Both the position numbers and the translations under genes were made by a program. A stretch of DNA of 64,000 bases from Candidatus Micrarchaeota archaeon (GTDB taxonomy: Archaea; Micrarchaeota; Micrarchaeia; Micrarchaeales; CABMGC01). The notes below the pieces were generated by a model. It saw only the letters and a list, made by a program, of their open reading frames with translations. It searched no databases and was not told the origin of the DNA. Shown here piece by piece: positions 1-10,339 of the stretch; position 1 is the stretch's first letter, and each line of letters begins with the position of its first letter. The stretch lies in the NCBI GenBank assembly GCA_021818995.1, contig JAKASP010000001.1, forward strand, positions 289,252 through 353,251, read 5' to 3'.

Positions 1-99
1 AAGATCTTCATCACGAATCAGAAGAGAGTTCATCATCAAAGATATTGGCTAGGAAAAGCAATATATATTTGTGGCGGCACAATATCCTTCCGTGATTTT

Positions 100-417
100 T
101 TGGTACAGGATGTAAACTCAGGCGATTTTGAAAGCGTGGTCATAGGTTCGAAGATTCCGGTCATAGTAGACAACTGGGCACCATGGTGCGGGCCCTGCAG
201 GATCTTTACCCCGGTGCTCGAAGAGGTCTCGAAGGAGTACAACGGGAAGGTGAAGTTCGTCAAGCTGAACACTGACGACAACCAGGACATAGCCGAAAAG
301 TACAACATAATGAGCATACCTACGGTCCTCCTCTTTGAGAAGGGCGAGGTCAAGGCGATGTCCGTGGGCGCCATACCCAAGACTGAGTTCAAGAAGTGGC
401 TGGACAGCAACCTGTAA
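100..417 (+). CDS. trxA: thioredoxin
   Basis: 105 aa with the canonical WCGPC active site and thioredoxin length. Confidence 0.9.
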   Translation: MVQDVNSGDFESVVIGSKIPVIVDNWAPWCGPCRIFTPVLEEVSKEYNGKVKFVKLNTDDNQDIAEKYNIMSIPTVLLFEKGEVKAMSVGAIPKTEFKKWLDSNL

Positions 418-514
418 GCGTGCATCTTCCATAAAGACATATCCCGCAGCGCAAGCTTTCAAAACCATAAGATAAGTCTTTATTTGCTAACGTGCAATCC
501 TTATCGGTGATTAT

Positions 515-1786
515 TTGCAGCAGGACACGCCGAGGGGAGTAAGGGACTTTCCCCCAGCGGACGCCATCTCCTTGAAGTACATAGCCGGCGTGGCCGAGGA
601 AGTGTTCAAGCGCTTCGGGTTCTATCCGTTGGAGACCCCAGCAATAGAAAACCTGAGCGTTCTCAACGCGAAGGCGTACGGAAACGAAACAACAAAGGAG
701 ATATACAAGATAGACGGCGAGGAGACCGCGCTGAGGTACGATTTCACCGTGCCGCTCGCAAGATTCGTGGCGTCGAACAAGGACCTCATGCTGCCGTTCA
801 AGAGGTATCAGATAGGCTCAATCTGGAGGCGCGACGAGCCGCAGAAGATGAGATACAGGGAGTTCATGCAGGCTGACATAGACATAGTCGGCAGCTCGGA
901 AACAGAGAGCGACGCAGAGGTCGTCGCAGCCTCAGCGCTCGTGCTCGAGGAGCTCGGAGTCAGGAACTATGTCGTGCTCCTTAACAGCAGGCAGCTGCTG
1001 CAGCAGGTTCTGGACTACTTCAAGGTTCCCGCTGCAAAGCATGAGGGCGTGCTGCGCGTGATGGACAAGCTTCAGAAGCTCAGCAGGGCCGAAGCCCTTG
1101 CGCAGATCATCTCGCTAGGCCTCGACCAGAAGACCTCCGAAGGAATCCTTGCCTTCGTGGAACAGCAGGCGGGCAATGCGGAGAAGCTCCAGAACGTATC
1201 TGCGAACGTTGAAGGGGCCAAGGAATCTGTTGAGAAGATGCAGGAACTGCTTTCCCTGCTCGCTGAGTACAAACTGGCTGGCAAGTTTGTCGTTGACCTC
1301 AGCCTAGCGCGCGGCCTCGACTACTACACGGGCTTCATATGGGAGTTCGTTATCGAGGAGAACGGCAAGCGCCTGCCAAGCATAGGCAGCGGGGGCAGGT
1401 ACGACAACCTCATAGGCCTTTACTCCAAGAAGGCGATACCGGCAACAGGCTCCTCGCTCGGAATCAGCAGGATTTTCGATCTCATGGAGCAGAAGGACGG
1501 CAAGAAGACATATGCGAACGCCTTCGTCGCCTGGATCGGGACGCAGAACCGCGGCTATGCGATAAATGTAGCGAACACGATGCGCGGCAACGGCATATAC
1601 GTCGATATGAACGCTAGCAGCAAGAACCTGTCGAAGCAGATGGAGTACGCATCATCGCTCGGCATAAGGCGCGTGATCATAATCGGAGACAAGGAGCGCG
1701 AGGCCGGCAAGGTGAAGGTCAGGAATATGGACAGCGGCGAGGAAGAATTAATTAGCTTGCAAGAGGCAATAGAGAAAGTAAGGTGA
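515..1786 (+). CDS. hisS: histidine--tRNA ligase
   Basis: 423 aa with a TTG start. Class II HisRS blocks are present: GVRDF, RYDFTVPLAR, YQIGSIWRRDEPQKMRYREFMQ and GGRYDNL. Confidence 0.9.
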   Translation: MQQDTPRGVRDFPPADAISLKYIAGVAEEVFKRFGFYPLETPAIENLSVLNAKAYGNETTKEIYKIDGEETALRYDFTVPLARFVASNKDLMLPFKRYQIGSIWRRDEPQKMRYREFMQADIDIVGSSETESDAEVVAASALVLEELGVRNYVVLLNSRQLLQQVLDYFKVPAAKHEGVLRVMDKLQKLSRAEALAQIISLGLDQKTSEGILAFVEQQAGNAEKLQNVSANVEGAKESVEKMQELLSLLAEYKLAGKFVVDLSLARGLDYYTGFIWEFVIEENGKRLPSIGSGGRYDNLIGLYSKKAIPATGSSLGISRIFDLMEQKDGKKTYANAFVAWIGTQNRGYAINVANTMRGNGIYVDMNASSKNLSKQMEYASSLGIRRVIIIGDKEREAGKVKVRNMDSGEEELISLQEAIEKVR

Positions 1787-1790
1787 GCTT

Positions 1791-2303
1791 ATGGCTAACG
1801 AGGGCAAAAGGGAAGTAGAGGAAGTGACGCAGCACGCGCTCGAGAAGGGCGGCATACTGGTCAAGCTCTACTTCGACATGGAGAGCGAGAAGCAGGACGA
1901 CCTGCAGCCGCTGATGGTCGACCTCATAAACAACAGGCTGCTCAAGACCCAAGGCGTTGTGTACTGCGTCGGAGCCATAGATGAGCCGATAAAGCTGAAG
2001 GATACATATTCGACGAGCGCACAAGTAACCGCGCTCTTCGATGGGCTATGGCCGCTCATCAACGTCATGTTCACCTTCACTCCGGCAGGCGTTGAGATAA
2101 TGAAGCCGAACAGGGACTACAACCTCAAGCAGTCGGACCTCCAGTCCCTTCTGCTCAACGTCGCCCAAGTGTCCCTAGAATACAACAACTACATACTCAG
2201 CCGCATACTCAAGAAGGAGGACTACGAGAAGATACAGGAACAGATGAAGAACAGGGAGGCACTGGGCAAGAAGCTTCTCGAAAAGAAGGACGGCAACCCA
2301 TAA
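1791..2303 (+). CDS. hypothetical protein (170 aa), likely co-transcribed with hisS
   Basis: Clean ORF starting 4 nt after the hisS stop. No motif recognised. Confidence 0.5.
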   Translation: MANEGKREVEEVTQHALEKGGILVKLYFDMESEKQDDLQPLMVDLINNRLLKTQGVVYCVGAIDEPIKLKDTYSTSAQVTALFDGLWPLINVMFTFTPAGVEIMKPNRDYNLKQSDLQSLLLNVAQVSLEYNNYILSRILKKEDYEKIQEQMKNREALGKKLLEKKDGNP

Positions 2304-2321
2304 CCTACGGGCCCTTCGTAA

Positions 2322-3425
2322 TCACTTCGCAAGCCCTCTGAGGAAGAAACGCTTCAGCATAACGCTCGGCCTGTCCATGTCCCCGTAGTTCGCGAAGAAG
2401 CTCTCGAAGCCAAGGGTCTTCGCGGCATTGATCATGAAGCCCAGCTTTCGCTCGTCGAAACTCGAGTATATCATGTTCAGGAAGCTGTGCAGCTTTATAT
2501 CAAGCCCGAAGTTCTTCCTGAAGAGCTTTTCATACGTTCCGAGCCCATCACCACGGTTGATGTAGCCCGCTATCGCCTTGGCTGCCATCCTCGCCGCGTT
2601 GCCCCCAAAGACGATCCCGCCTCCGGTGGTCGGTTTGACCTGGCCAGCAGCATCTCCTACAAGCACAACCTCGTTCTTGGCATCGACGACCTTCCTCACG
2701 GTCTGCATAGGTATCAGGCTCGCGTAGCCGTCGAGCATCTTCGCCCCAGCGATTCTCCCAGCTATGTCCTTCATCCTCACGAACTTCTCGAACGCGGCTT
2801 TGCTGTTTCCGTGCCTGCCGTCGATGCCTATCCCTATCTCGAGCACGTCCTTTGAGTTCGGGCACGCCCAAGCGAAGAACTTGGGTGCCAGGCTGTTGTC
2901 GAAGTAAAGGTCCACTGCGCGCGGGTCTTCCACGCTTACGTTGTATTCCGCCTTGTACGTGAGCGTGTATCTCTCTATGGAGCCCATTGAGAAATGTTTC
3001 GCCACAGCGGAGAGCGGCCCGTCGGCTCCGACGAGCACGCTGCTTCTGTGCAGCTCCTCAAGCATGTCGTCGTTTATCTTGGTCCCGAGTTCCGCTTTCG
3101 CGCCTGCACTCACAGCCTCTTCATAGCAGACAAGGTTCAATTTCTCGCGGTCAAGAACATGCGCCTGCGGTTTCCTTGACATCACCTTCATTACGGCTCC
3201 GCCGGCATGTATGTTCGCTCCGAAAAGCTCATTCGTCACAGCCTTCCGGTAGCCTATTCCAAGGCTTTCAAGCCCATTGATCGAGATTATGCCGCTCGCC
3301 TTTGGCGGGTATCCAAGCCTTGACTTCTGGTCATAGACCCGCGTCGCAATCCCCGCGGCAGCAAGGTCCCTCGCAGCGATAAGCCCCGAAGTTCCGGCCC
3401 CGATTACCGACACATTATCATGCAT
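2322..3425 (-). CDS. FAD-dependent geranylgeranyl reductase family protein (digeranylgeranylglycerophospholipid reductase-like)
   Basis: 367 aa with an N-terminal VIGAGTSGLIAARDLAAAG dinucleotide-binding motif. Length and architecture fit archaeal GGR. Confidence 0.8.
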   Translation of the reverse strand: MHDNVSVIGAGTSGLIAARDLAAAGIATRVYDQKSRLGYPPKASGIISINGLESLGIGYRKAVTNELFGANIHAGGAVMKVMSRKPQAHVLDREKLNLVCYEEAVSAGAKAELGTKINDDMLEELHRSSVLVGADGPLSAVAKHFSMGSIERYTLTYKAEYNVSVEDPRAVDLYFDNSLAPKFFAWACPNSKDVLEIGIGIDGRHGNSKAAFEKFVRMKDIAGRIAGAKMLDGYASLIPMQTVRKVVDAKNEVVLVGDAAGQVKPTTGGGIVFGGNAARMAAKAIAGYINRGDGLGTYEKLFRKNFGLDIKLHSFLNMIYSSFDERKLGFMINAAKTLGFESFFANYGDMDRPSVMLKRFFLRGLAK

Positions 3426-3492
3426 TTCAGCAACGATTATTTTTGGTTTATATACCTTATTATAGTATATATCTCAACTCGAGTTTTTTTGC

Positions 3493-6400
3493 ATGAGCGT
3501 GCTCCTGTCTGCGTTAATCGCGCTAATATCGATAATCCTTCCAGGCTTCTTCCTTGCACTAGCGCTGCTGAAAAAAACGAAGCTGAACATGATAGAGATA
3601 GGAGTCATCGGCTTCATGTTCGGCCTTATCTTCCCTCCGACGCTGACATGGCTCGAATCTTACATGATGAACTACGTCCACGTCTTCTCGTTCTCGGCAA
3701 GCCTTTACGCCGCGAACGTGATCATACTAACTATAATTGGCATAGCGCTCTGCGTGCAGCAGGGCGTGATAGACATCGGCGCCTTCGCCTCGAAGCCGAC
3801 CAGCAAGATAGCCGCCGAGGCAAACACGCTCTATAAGCAGAGGCTCGCCCAGCTTAGGGTAAAGATCGCTGAGTTGGGAATAGAGGCAAGCATTGTAAGC
3901 GACCACAAGAAGGAGGAAGAGAACCTTGCGAGCAAGCACGCAGACGAGATGCGAAAGGCCCAGGGACTCCCTGCAGACGAACGATCAAGGCTCGAGTCGA
4001 TGCACGCTTCCGAGGAGAAGCGGCTGATAGAAGAGCACGAGCGCGAGGAGAAGACGCTGCTCCAAGGTGGCGACCGAAAGAAGATGAGATCCAATGTGAT
4101 ATGGGGCGTGCTGCTCTTTCTCATGATATTCACCTTCGCCACAAGGATGTTCAGCATAGGGATAGCGCCGCACTTCTTCGAGTTCGACCCCTATTTCGAC
4201 ATGCAAAGCACGGAATTCCTGCTAACTCACGGATACCAGTGGCTCTACGACACCTCCGCTTGGCCCACAGCGATAAATGGCACGCCGCACAGGATAGAGC
4301 CGATAGTGCCATACCTTGAGGCGTACTGGTACCAGATCAGCAATCCGTCATCCAGCCAGATAGACACGACGCTGCTGAGCAACGTTAGCAGCCTCTATCC
4401 TCCTATCACCGCCGCATTGCTCGTCTTCATAGTCTTCATGTTCCTTTACCACATGTACGGCGAATATCCTGCGATAATAGGAGCCGCGCTAGCTACCGCA
4501 ATGCCCGCGATCATCACTACGTTCATAGCCGGCGAGCAGCTCGTGGAACCTTGGGGCATCTTCGCTATGTTCTTCTTCTATGCAGCTTACCTGCTAGCAG
4601 TGCAGAATCCTAAGGAGAAGCGCTTCGCGATACTCGCAGGAATAGCGTTCGCAGCATCGTTCCTCGGCGCGCACTACTACACGGTCATAGCGGGCGTCTT
4701 CGCCATCTACATAGCGATACAGGGGGTCGTCGACGTGCTGAGGAAGAGGGAGATGCGCGACTTCTACGTGATGAACGGGATAATCATAGGCATAATAGCA
4801 TTCTTCTACATACTCTTCGATCCCTACAACACAGTTCTCACGAACAAGATACCTGGAGTTCTCGGCATACCAATCATAGTCTCCTTCCCGCTTCTCGCGC
4901 TTATTCTTGTCTTCCTGTACGAGCGCATACCGGTGCTGGCTAAGGCGCGTGGCTACATCAAGACGATAGACCTCAATTTCTATCTTGTCTGGCTCGTGGC
5001 AGTGGCGCTTGCGGCCATACTGCTCATAGCCTTCACGCCCCTAGGCACTTCCGTAGACAGGTATCTCGCGCTGAGCACGCACTACACCACGCCTTCGATA
5101 GCGCTCTTCATGACAGTGCAGGAGTACGCACCTACAGGTTTCAACTTCGACTTCGGGTCCGCAGGTTTCGGGCCCATAGGCGCCAGCGTCTTCGGAGTGA
5201 ACGCAATAGTCTGGTTCGTGTTGATAGTCTTCACGATTCTCTCAGGCATAGCGGTGCTCAACAGGGATTCTAAGGGTGGCATACTTGCCTGGGCAGCCGT
5301 ATGGCCGCTCGCCATAGCCGGCATGATTGAGATAAAGTACCTGCCGCACTTCGGCGTCGGCTACATACTCGCTTTCAGCATCATAATCGGCGAGCTCCTG
5401 CTCATGACAAAAGGGAAGGAGAAGGACCTCAGCAGGCTCATCGTCCTCGGCTTCGGGGTCTTCGTCGTGCTCCTGGAGTTCACAGTATTCATAAGCGTCT
5501 TCTCTGCGGTTGGAGTCCCGTGCTCGACAATCAGCTCTCAGGGCAACTCCATAGGTTTTGACCTCTTCTGCAACACGGTTCCCACTGCATGGATAAACGC
5601 GCTGGCATGGATGAAGCAGAACGTGGGGCCAAACGCTCCGCGCGTCCTCTCGTGGTGGGACTACGGCGACTGGATAAACTGGTTCGGCAACAGCAACGCT
5701 GTGCTGCGAGGCGACAACTCAATAGCAAAGCTTGACTACCAGACAGCAGCACAGTATGTCCTCGGATCAAAGGAGGGCTACGGACCCGCAAGCCTGGCCA
5801 ACTTCTCCAACAGCGTCGTCTATGCAAAGTACGTGCTCTTCGACGACCAGATAACAGCGAAGTGGCAGGCTCTCAACTTCCTCGCCTGCGTCGACACCAA
5901 CCAGACAAGCCGCGCCTTCGCCATACAGGCTGCAAACGGCACAGGGCAGCCTTACCTTCTGGGCAGCTCGCAGTGTGAACTCAGCCACGCACCCGCATAT
6001 GTGCTTCTGCCAGCATCTACGAGCAGCATAAACAGCTACTGCCAGTTCTCAGGAAAGAACGTGGCCGCGCTAAAGACGCTCCTGCTTGCTGACAACCAGC
6101 TCTCGAACACAACCTACTGCGCGCCCACGAACTTCACCAACGGCCCAGTGCGGCTGCTCGACACGAACGGAAACGAGACCAACATACTGCTTGTGCCAAC
6201 CGCACAGTTCTTCGCAGGCGTAAACAACCTCGGAGGGCAGCAGTTCCTCACATTCATACCACTGTACCTGCCGAACGGCCCCAACGACACGATAACAAAC
6301 GCGCCGTCGCAGTTCTACAACTCCAACTACTACCGCGGCTTCTACCTCGGCAACCTTCCTGGCTTCCATCTAGCGTATCCCACGAACTTCACGGGCGTGA

Positions 6401-6519
6401 ACTACGTCAACGGCACCTGGCCGGTCATGATATACGAGCTTGACAACTACACCGGTCCACTGCCAGCTGTGGCGCCAAAACCGGCGTGGGTCGTGAACAA
6501 CTTCACGATGCCCGGCTAG
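3493..6519 (+). CDS. aglB: archaeal oligosaccharyltransferase AglB (STT3 family) with an N-terminal extension
   Basis: 1008 aa and polytopic. It has the diagnostic WWDYGDWI (WWDYG) motif and an EFDPYFD first-loop acidic motif. The C-terminal soluble domain carries many N-x-S/T sequons. Confidence 0.85.
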   Translation: MSVLLSALIALISIILPGFFLALALLKKTKLNMIEIGVIGFMFGLIFPPTLTWLESYMMNYVHVFSFSASLYAANVIILTIIGIALCVQQGVIDIGAFASKPTSKIAAEANTLYKQRLAQLRVKIAELGIEASIVSDHKKEEENLASKHADEMRKAQGLPADERSRLESMHASEEKRLIEEHEREEKTLLQGGDRKKMRSNVIWGVLLFLMIFTFATRMFSIGIAPHFFEFDPYFDMQSTEFLLTHGYQWLYDTSAWPTAINGTPHRIEPIVPYLEAYWYQISNPSSSQIDTTLLSNVSSLYPPITAALLVFIVFMFLYHMYGEYPAIIGAALATAMPAIITTFIAGEQLVEPWGIFAMFFFYAAYLLAVQNPKEKRFAILAGIAFAASFLGAHYYTVIAGVFAIYIAIQGVVDVLRKREMRDFYVMNGIIIGIIAFFYILFDPYNTVLTNKIPGVLGIPIIVSFPLLALILVFLYERIPVLAKARGYIKTIDLNFYLVWLVAVALAAILLIAFTPLGTSVDRYLALSTHYTTPSIALFMTVQEYAPTGFNFDFGSAGFGPIGASVFGVNAIVWFVLIVFTILSGIAVLNRDSKGGILAWAAVWPLAIAGMIEIKYLPHFGVGYILAFSIIIGELLLMTKGKEKDLSRLIVLGFGVFVVLLEFTVFISVFSAVGVPCSTISSQGNSIGFDLFCNTVPTAWINALAWMKQNVGPNAPRVLSWWDYGDWINWFGNSNAVLRGDNSIAKLDYQTAAQYVLGSKEGYGPASLANFSNSVVYAKYVLFDDQITAKWQALNFLACVDTNQTSRAFAIQAANGTGQPYLLGSSQCELSHAPAYVLLPASTSSINSYCQFSGKNVAALKTLLLADNQLSNTTYCAPTNFTNGPVRLLDTNGNETNILLVPTAQFFAGVNNLGGQQFLTFIPLYLPNGPNDTITNAPSQFYNSNYYRGFYLGNLPGFHLAYPTNFTGVNYVNGTWPVMIYELDNYTGPLPAVAPKPAWVVNNFTMPG

Positions 6520-6560
6520 CCTTCGCAAGACTTAAAATTCTTTGACACCATAGCTTTAGC

Positions 6561-7073
6561 ATGGGGGTAAACCAGGACGACGTCAAGGCCGCGAAGAGCA
6601 TACTCTGGTCCGACGAGAACGTAGTTGTGACAGTGAGGCAGAGGAGGGTCGGGCCTGGAGGGGCGATGACCACCCCGACATCTGTTCTAGCTACGGACAA
6701 GCGCATAATAATACTCAACAGGGCTACGCTGGGAATAAGGCAGGACTATGAGGCAATCCCCTACAACCAGATAACCAGCGTCAGGCTGGAGCACGGCATA
6801 ATATCCTCATCTGTATTCATAAGGGTCCAGGGCTATTCCACAGACAAGGGCCTTCTCAAGAACGGGAAGCAGGAGGGTGAGATCGACGGGCTCAACAACA
6901 AGGACGCCCAGGAACTCGCAGACTTCGTGAACAAGAAGCTCGAGGACAATGTCTCTGCGGAACCCGAGGGAGGCGCTTCGGGAGGGCCGGGCGGCATCTT
7001 CTGCCCGAAATGCGGAGCCAGGAACCCCGCGGGCTCCAGGTTCTGTGAAAAGTGCGGAGAAAAGCTTTCCTAG
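6561..7073 (+). CDS. bacterial-type PH (bPH_2/YdbT-like) domain protein with a C-terminal zinc ribbon
   Basis: 170 aa. The DKRIIILNRATLG...ITSVRLEHG pattern is typical of bPH domains. The C-terminus reads CPKCGARNPAGSRFCEKCG. Confidence 0.6.
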   Translation: MGVNQDDVKAAKSILWSDENVVVTVRQRRVGPGGAMTTPTSVLATDKRIIILNRATLGIRQDYEAIPYNQITSVRLEHGIISSSVFIRVQGYSTDKGLLKNGKQEGEIDGLNNKDAQELADFVNKKLEDNVSAEPEGGASGGPGGIFCPKCGARNPAGSRFCEKCGEKLS

Positions 7074-7193
7074 AACGACGGCAGGAAAGGTATAAAAACC
7101 TGTTCGTGCATAAAGTATGATTGTATACCCATAAAAAATACAATGCAGTTTTGACACGTTTTTTGTGGCAATTTACGCTAATTGAGTGAAACT

Positions 7194-8852
7194 ATGGCAG
7201 AAAACCAGCTAGGACAACAGTACATGATACTACCGGAGGGAGCGAGCAGGATACTTGGCAGGGAGGCGCAGAGGACCAACATAGCGGTCGGATACGCCGT
7301 GGCCAGCATAGTGAGGAGCACGCTCGGACCCAAGGGAATGGACAAGATGCTTGTGAGCGAGCTCGGCGACATAGTCATAACAAACGACGGCGCCTCGATA
7401 CTCGAGGAAATGAACGTGGAGCACCCCGTTGCGAAGCTCATGGTCGAGATTGCGAAGAGCCAGGACAAGGAGGTGGGCGACGGGACCACAACCGCAGTGA
7501 TAATCGCGGGCGAACTCCTGAAGAACGCCGGCGACCTGATAGAGAAGGGCATAAACCCGAACACGATAATCAAGGGTTACGAGATGGCGGCCGAGAAGTC
7601 GAAGGGCCTTCTTGACGAGTGCTCTAGCAGCGTGACGCTCAACGACGACGACAAACTCGAGAAGATAGCGATGGTCTCCGTGGGCTCGAAGAACATAGGC
7701 AACGACTCCACAAGGAAATACCTCTCGAAGCTTGCGATACAGGCGATAAAGCAGGTGGCGGAGAAGAAGGGCGACAAGGTAACGATAGACAAGGACTTCA
7801 TAAAGCTCGAGAAGAAGGAAGGCGGCAGCGTCGAGGAGACGCAGTACATAAACGGCGTGCTTGTCGACAAGGAAATTGCCCAGTCTGGCATGCCAAAGTC
7901 GATAAAGAACGCTAAGATAGCGCTGCTTGACCTGGCTCTCGAGATAGAGAAGACCGAGACAGATGCGAGGATAGAGATAACATCTCCGGATCAGATGCAG
8001 TCGTTCCTGCAGCAGGAGGAGAAGATGCTGAAGAACATGGCGGACAAGGCTGCGAAGAGCGGCGCTAACGTGATCTTCGTGCAGAAGGGCATAGACGACG
8101 TGGCGCAGCACTACCTCTCGAAGGCAGGCATGATGGCCGTTAGGCGCGTGAAGAAGAGCGACATGGAGAAGCTGGCTAAGGCAACTGGCGCAAAGGTGAT
8201 AACGAGCCTTGACGACCTGACCCCGAGCGACCTCGGATTCGCAGGCCTGGTTGAGGAGAGGAAGGTGTCGGGCGAGCAGATGGTCTTCGTGGAGAAGTGC
8301 AAGGATCCAAAGAGCGTCACGATATTCCTGCGTGGAGGCACCAAGCAGGTTGTCGATGAGACCGAGCGCGCGCTAACTGACGAGATAGGTGCGCTTACGA
8401 GCGCACTCGAGGTCGGCAAGTACGTGTACGGTGGCGGCAGCACAGAGGAGTTTGTTGCAAAGGGCCTGCGCGACTACGCGAACAACGTGGGCGGCAGGGA
8501 GCAGCTCGCTATACAGTCGTTCGCAGACGCACTGGAGGCGATTCCAAAGACGCTTGCGGATAGCTCGGGCATGGATGCGATAGACACAATAGTGCAGTTG
8601 AGGAGCAAGCAGAAGGGCAAGGAGGGCAGGAGCTACGGCGTCGACGTCCACAGGGGAGTTATCGGCGACATGGACAAGATTGGAGTCATAGAACCTGTGA
8701 AGATAAAGCTCCAGGCTATATCGAGCGCCATGGAGGCGAGTGTGCAGATCCTCAGGATAGACGACATGATAAGCAGCAAGGGCAGCAGGCCTGCAGGCGG
8801 AGGGGGAATGCCTGGCGGCATGCCCGGTGGCGGAATGGGAGAGGTAGACTGA
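7194..8852 (+). CDS. ths: thermosome subunit (group II chaperonin)
   Basis: GDGTTT ATP-binding motif, group II chaperonin length, and a GGMPGGMPGGGM C-terminal tail. I prefer the ATG at 7194; the track begins at an upstream TTG at 7182. Confidence 0.95.
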   Translation: MAENQLGQQYMILPEGASRILGREAQRTNIAVGYAVASIVRSTLGPKGMDKMLVSELGDIVITNDGASILEEMNVEHPVAKLMVEIAKSQDKEVGDGTTTAVIIAGELLKNAGDLIEKGINPNTIIKGYEMAAEKSKGLLDECSSSVTLNDDDKLEKIAMVSVGSKNIGNDSTRKYLSKLAIQAIKQVAEKKGDKVTIDKDFIKLEKKEGGSVEETQYINGVLVDKEIAQSGMPKSIKNAKIALLDLALEIEKTETDARIEITSPDQMQSFLQQEEKMLKNMADKAAKSGANVIFVQKGIDDVAQHYLSKAGMMAVRRVKKSDMEKLAKATGAKVITSLDDLTPSDLGFAGLVEERKVSGEQMVFVEKCKDPKSVTIFLRGGTKQVVDETERALTDEIGALTSALEVGKYVYGGGSTEEFVAKGLRDYANNVGGREQLAIQSFADALEAIPKTLADSSGMDAIDTIVQLRSKQKGKEGRSYGVDVHRGVIGDMDKIGVIEPVKIKLQAISSAMEASVQILRIDDMISSKGSRPAGGGGMPGGMPGGGMGEVD

Positions 8853-8908
8853 GCCCGGCTCGTCTTCCTCTTTTATACCTTTCCCGCCAACTTATACTGA
8901 GTGCTCAG

Positions 8909-9478
8909 ATGGCTAAGCTTTTCCTGGTCTTCGGCACCGAGGGTGCTGGAAAGACAACTTTGCTGAAGGGAATAAGGTCAGCCAAGGCAGTTAGCATAGG
9001 CACCGAGATGCACAACGCATACTCGAGGAGGTTCGGGGTAAAGGACAGGGATGCTGTGAAGAACAAGGAGCTCACCACTTACGACGAGATGGTGGGCATA
9101 AGGAATGCAATACTCAAGAAGCTCGCAGGCTCTCCTGGCACGATAGCGCTGGACACGCACGCGAGCTTGAAGGCAGGTGACGGCTACATAGCCGGCCTCT
9201 CGATCCGCGATTTCGACGCGTTGAGGGGAAAGGTTAAGGCTATAATCTACGTGGATGCAGACTCCGAGCAGATACTCAATAGGAGGAAGAAGGACAAGAG
9301 CAGGAAACGTGAGCGCGACAGCAGGGAGGAGCTCGACACTTACAGAGGCATAAACCTGATGTTCACCACCCTATACTCTTTATACCTTCAAGTGCCGATA
9401 TACATGATAAGAAACAACGACAAGGGGATCGCCGCGGCGCGGAAACGCGTCGAAGAGATAATCAGGGGCGCGAAGTGA
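8909..9478 (+). CDS. adkA: archaeal-type adenylate kinase
   Basis: 189 aa with P-loop GTEGAGKTT. The DTHASLK..GY..GL block matches the archaeal AdkA layout, and the adk-DUF106-cmk synteny is present. Confidence 0.8.
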   Translation: MAKLFLVFGTEGAGKTTLLKGIRSAKAVSIGTEMHNAYSRRFGVKDRDAVKNKELTTYDEMVGIRNAILKKLAGSPGTIALDTHASLKAGDGYIAGLSIRDFDALRGKVKAIIYVDADSEQILNRRKKDKSRKRERDSREELDTYRGINLMFTTLYSLYLQVPIYMIRNNDKGIAAARKRVEEIIRGAK

Positions 9479-9482
9479 AACG

Positions 9483-9950
9483 ATGGTAGTAGGAATAGAG
9501 ATAACGGTAATAGCAGTTGTCTATGTGCTCTTCTCAGTCTTCACCCAGCGCAAGCTCATAGACATGAAGCGCATGCAGGAAGTGCAGGAGGTGATCAAGG
9601 CCAAGAGCAAGGAGCTGAACGACATGGCCAAGCAGAGGGTGAGCCAGGAGGTGCTTATGGCGAAGCAGAAGGAGATAACCACGCTGCTCGGGCAGAGCAT
9701 GAAGTCGCAGCTCAAGCCAATGTTCGTCGTGCTTCCTATCTTCTTTGTGATGTATTACCTTGTCTTCCCAGCCGTGTTCGTCACAAACCCGAACGTGACC
9801 GTGCCAATAATATCAATGACAATGAACTACAAGTCGTACTTCATACTCGTCGCCTTCGTCCTGGGACTTCTGCTCACAGGCGTGCTCATGCTACGCGACC
9901 GGATGAGGTTAGCGAAGGAGAAGAAGCAGGCAGAGAGCGCCGAGCAGTAA
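9483..9950 (+). CDS. DUF106 / EMC3-YidC-like membrane insertase homolog
   Basis: 155 aa arranged as TM, coiled coil, then TMs. It sits in the conserved archaeal position between adk and cmk. Confidence 0.7.
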   Translation: MVVGIEITVIAVVYVLFSVFTQRKLIDMKRMQEVQEVIKAKSKELNDMAKQRVSQEVLMAKQKEITTLLGQSMKSQLKPMFVVLPIFFVMYYLVFPAVFVTNPNVTVPIISMTMNYKSYFILVAFVLGLLLTGVLMLRDRMRLAKEKKQAESAEQ

Positions 9951-10001
9951 GTTATTTATGCCTTTGACGAGCATGTTTATCCTATATTTTTGGTCATCAG
10001 C

Positions 10002-10328
10002 ATGCCCAAACCAATGCATAGGTCCAGAAGCTACAGGAGGCTAGACAGGGTAGCGCGTAGCGGAAGGCATCTGCTGCACTACGAGAGGAAGAAGGCGAGC
10101 ATGCCGCACTGCGCCATCTGCGGATCAGAGCTTAACGGCATAAACATAGGGAAGAACGCAAAGGGGAAGAGCAGGAAGAGCAACTCAAGGATATTCGGAG
10201 GGGTCCTGTGCGCGACTTGCACATCAGAGGTGGTGAAGCTTGCCAGCAGGATAGAGAACGGGGAGATGCGCGTGAACGACATAGGCACGAGGCAGAAGAC
10301 CTACGTGCTCCAGATGATCGCCCACTGA
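10002..10328 (+). CDS. rpl34e: 50S ribosomal protein L34e
   Basis: MPKPMHRSRSYRRL N-terminus with a CAICG...CATC zinc-knuckle-like pattern. ATG at 10002 is preferred over the upstream TTG at 9990. Confidence 0.9.
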   Translation: MPKPMHRSRSYRRLDRVARSGRHLLHYERKKASMPHCAICGSELNGINIGKNAKGKSRKSNSRIFGGVLCATCTSEVVKLASRIENGEMRVNDIGTRQKTYVLQMIAH

Positions 10329-10339
10329 CCAGTGGTTAA

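Noticed and set aside
7230-8111. Long antisense and alternative-frame ORFs opposite strong genes. Examples are 7230-8111 (-), 46138-47220 (-), 26207-27148 (+), 37984-38922 (-), 33655-34446 (+) and 16292-16969 (+).
   Set aside because: They lie entirely within well-supported conserved genes on the other strand or frame. Their composition is Arg/His/Leu/Val-rich and low in complexity, as expected for shadow ORFs in GC3-biased DNA, and they have no recognisable motifs.
8795-8852. GGMPGG repeat DNA at the 3' end of the thermosome gene.
   Set aside because: It encodes the well-known Gly/Met-rich flexible C-terminal tail of chaperonins and is not an independent repeat element.
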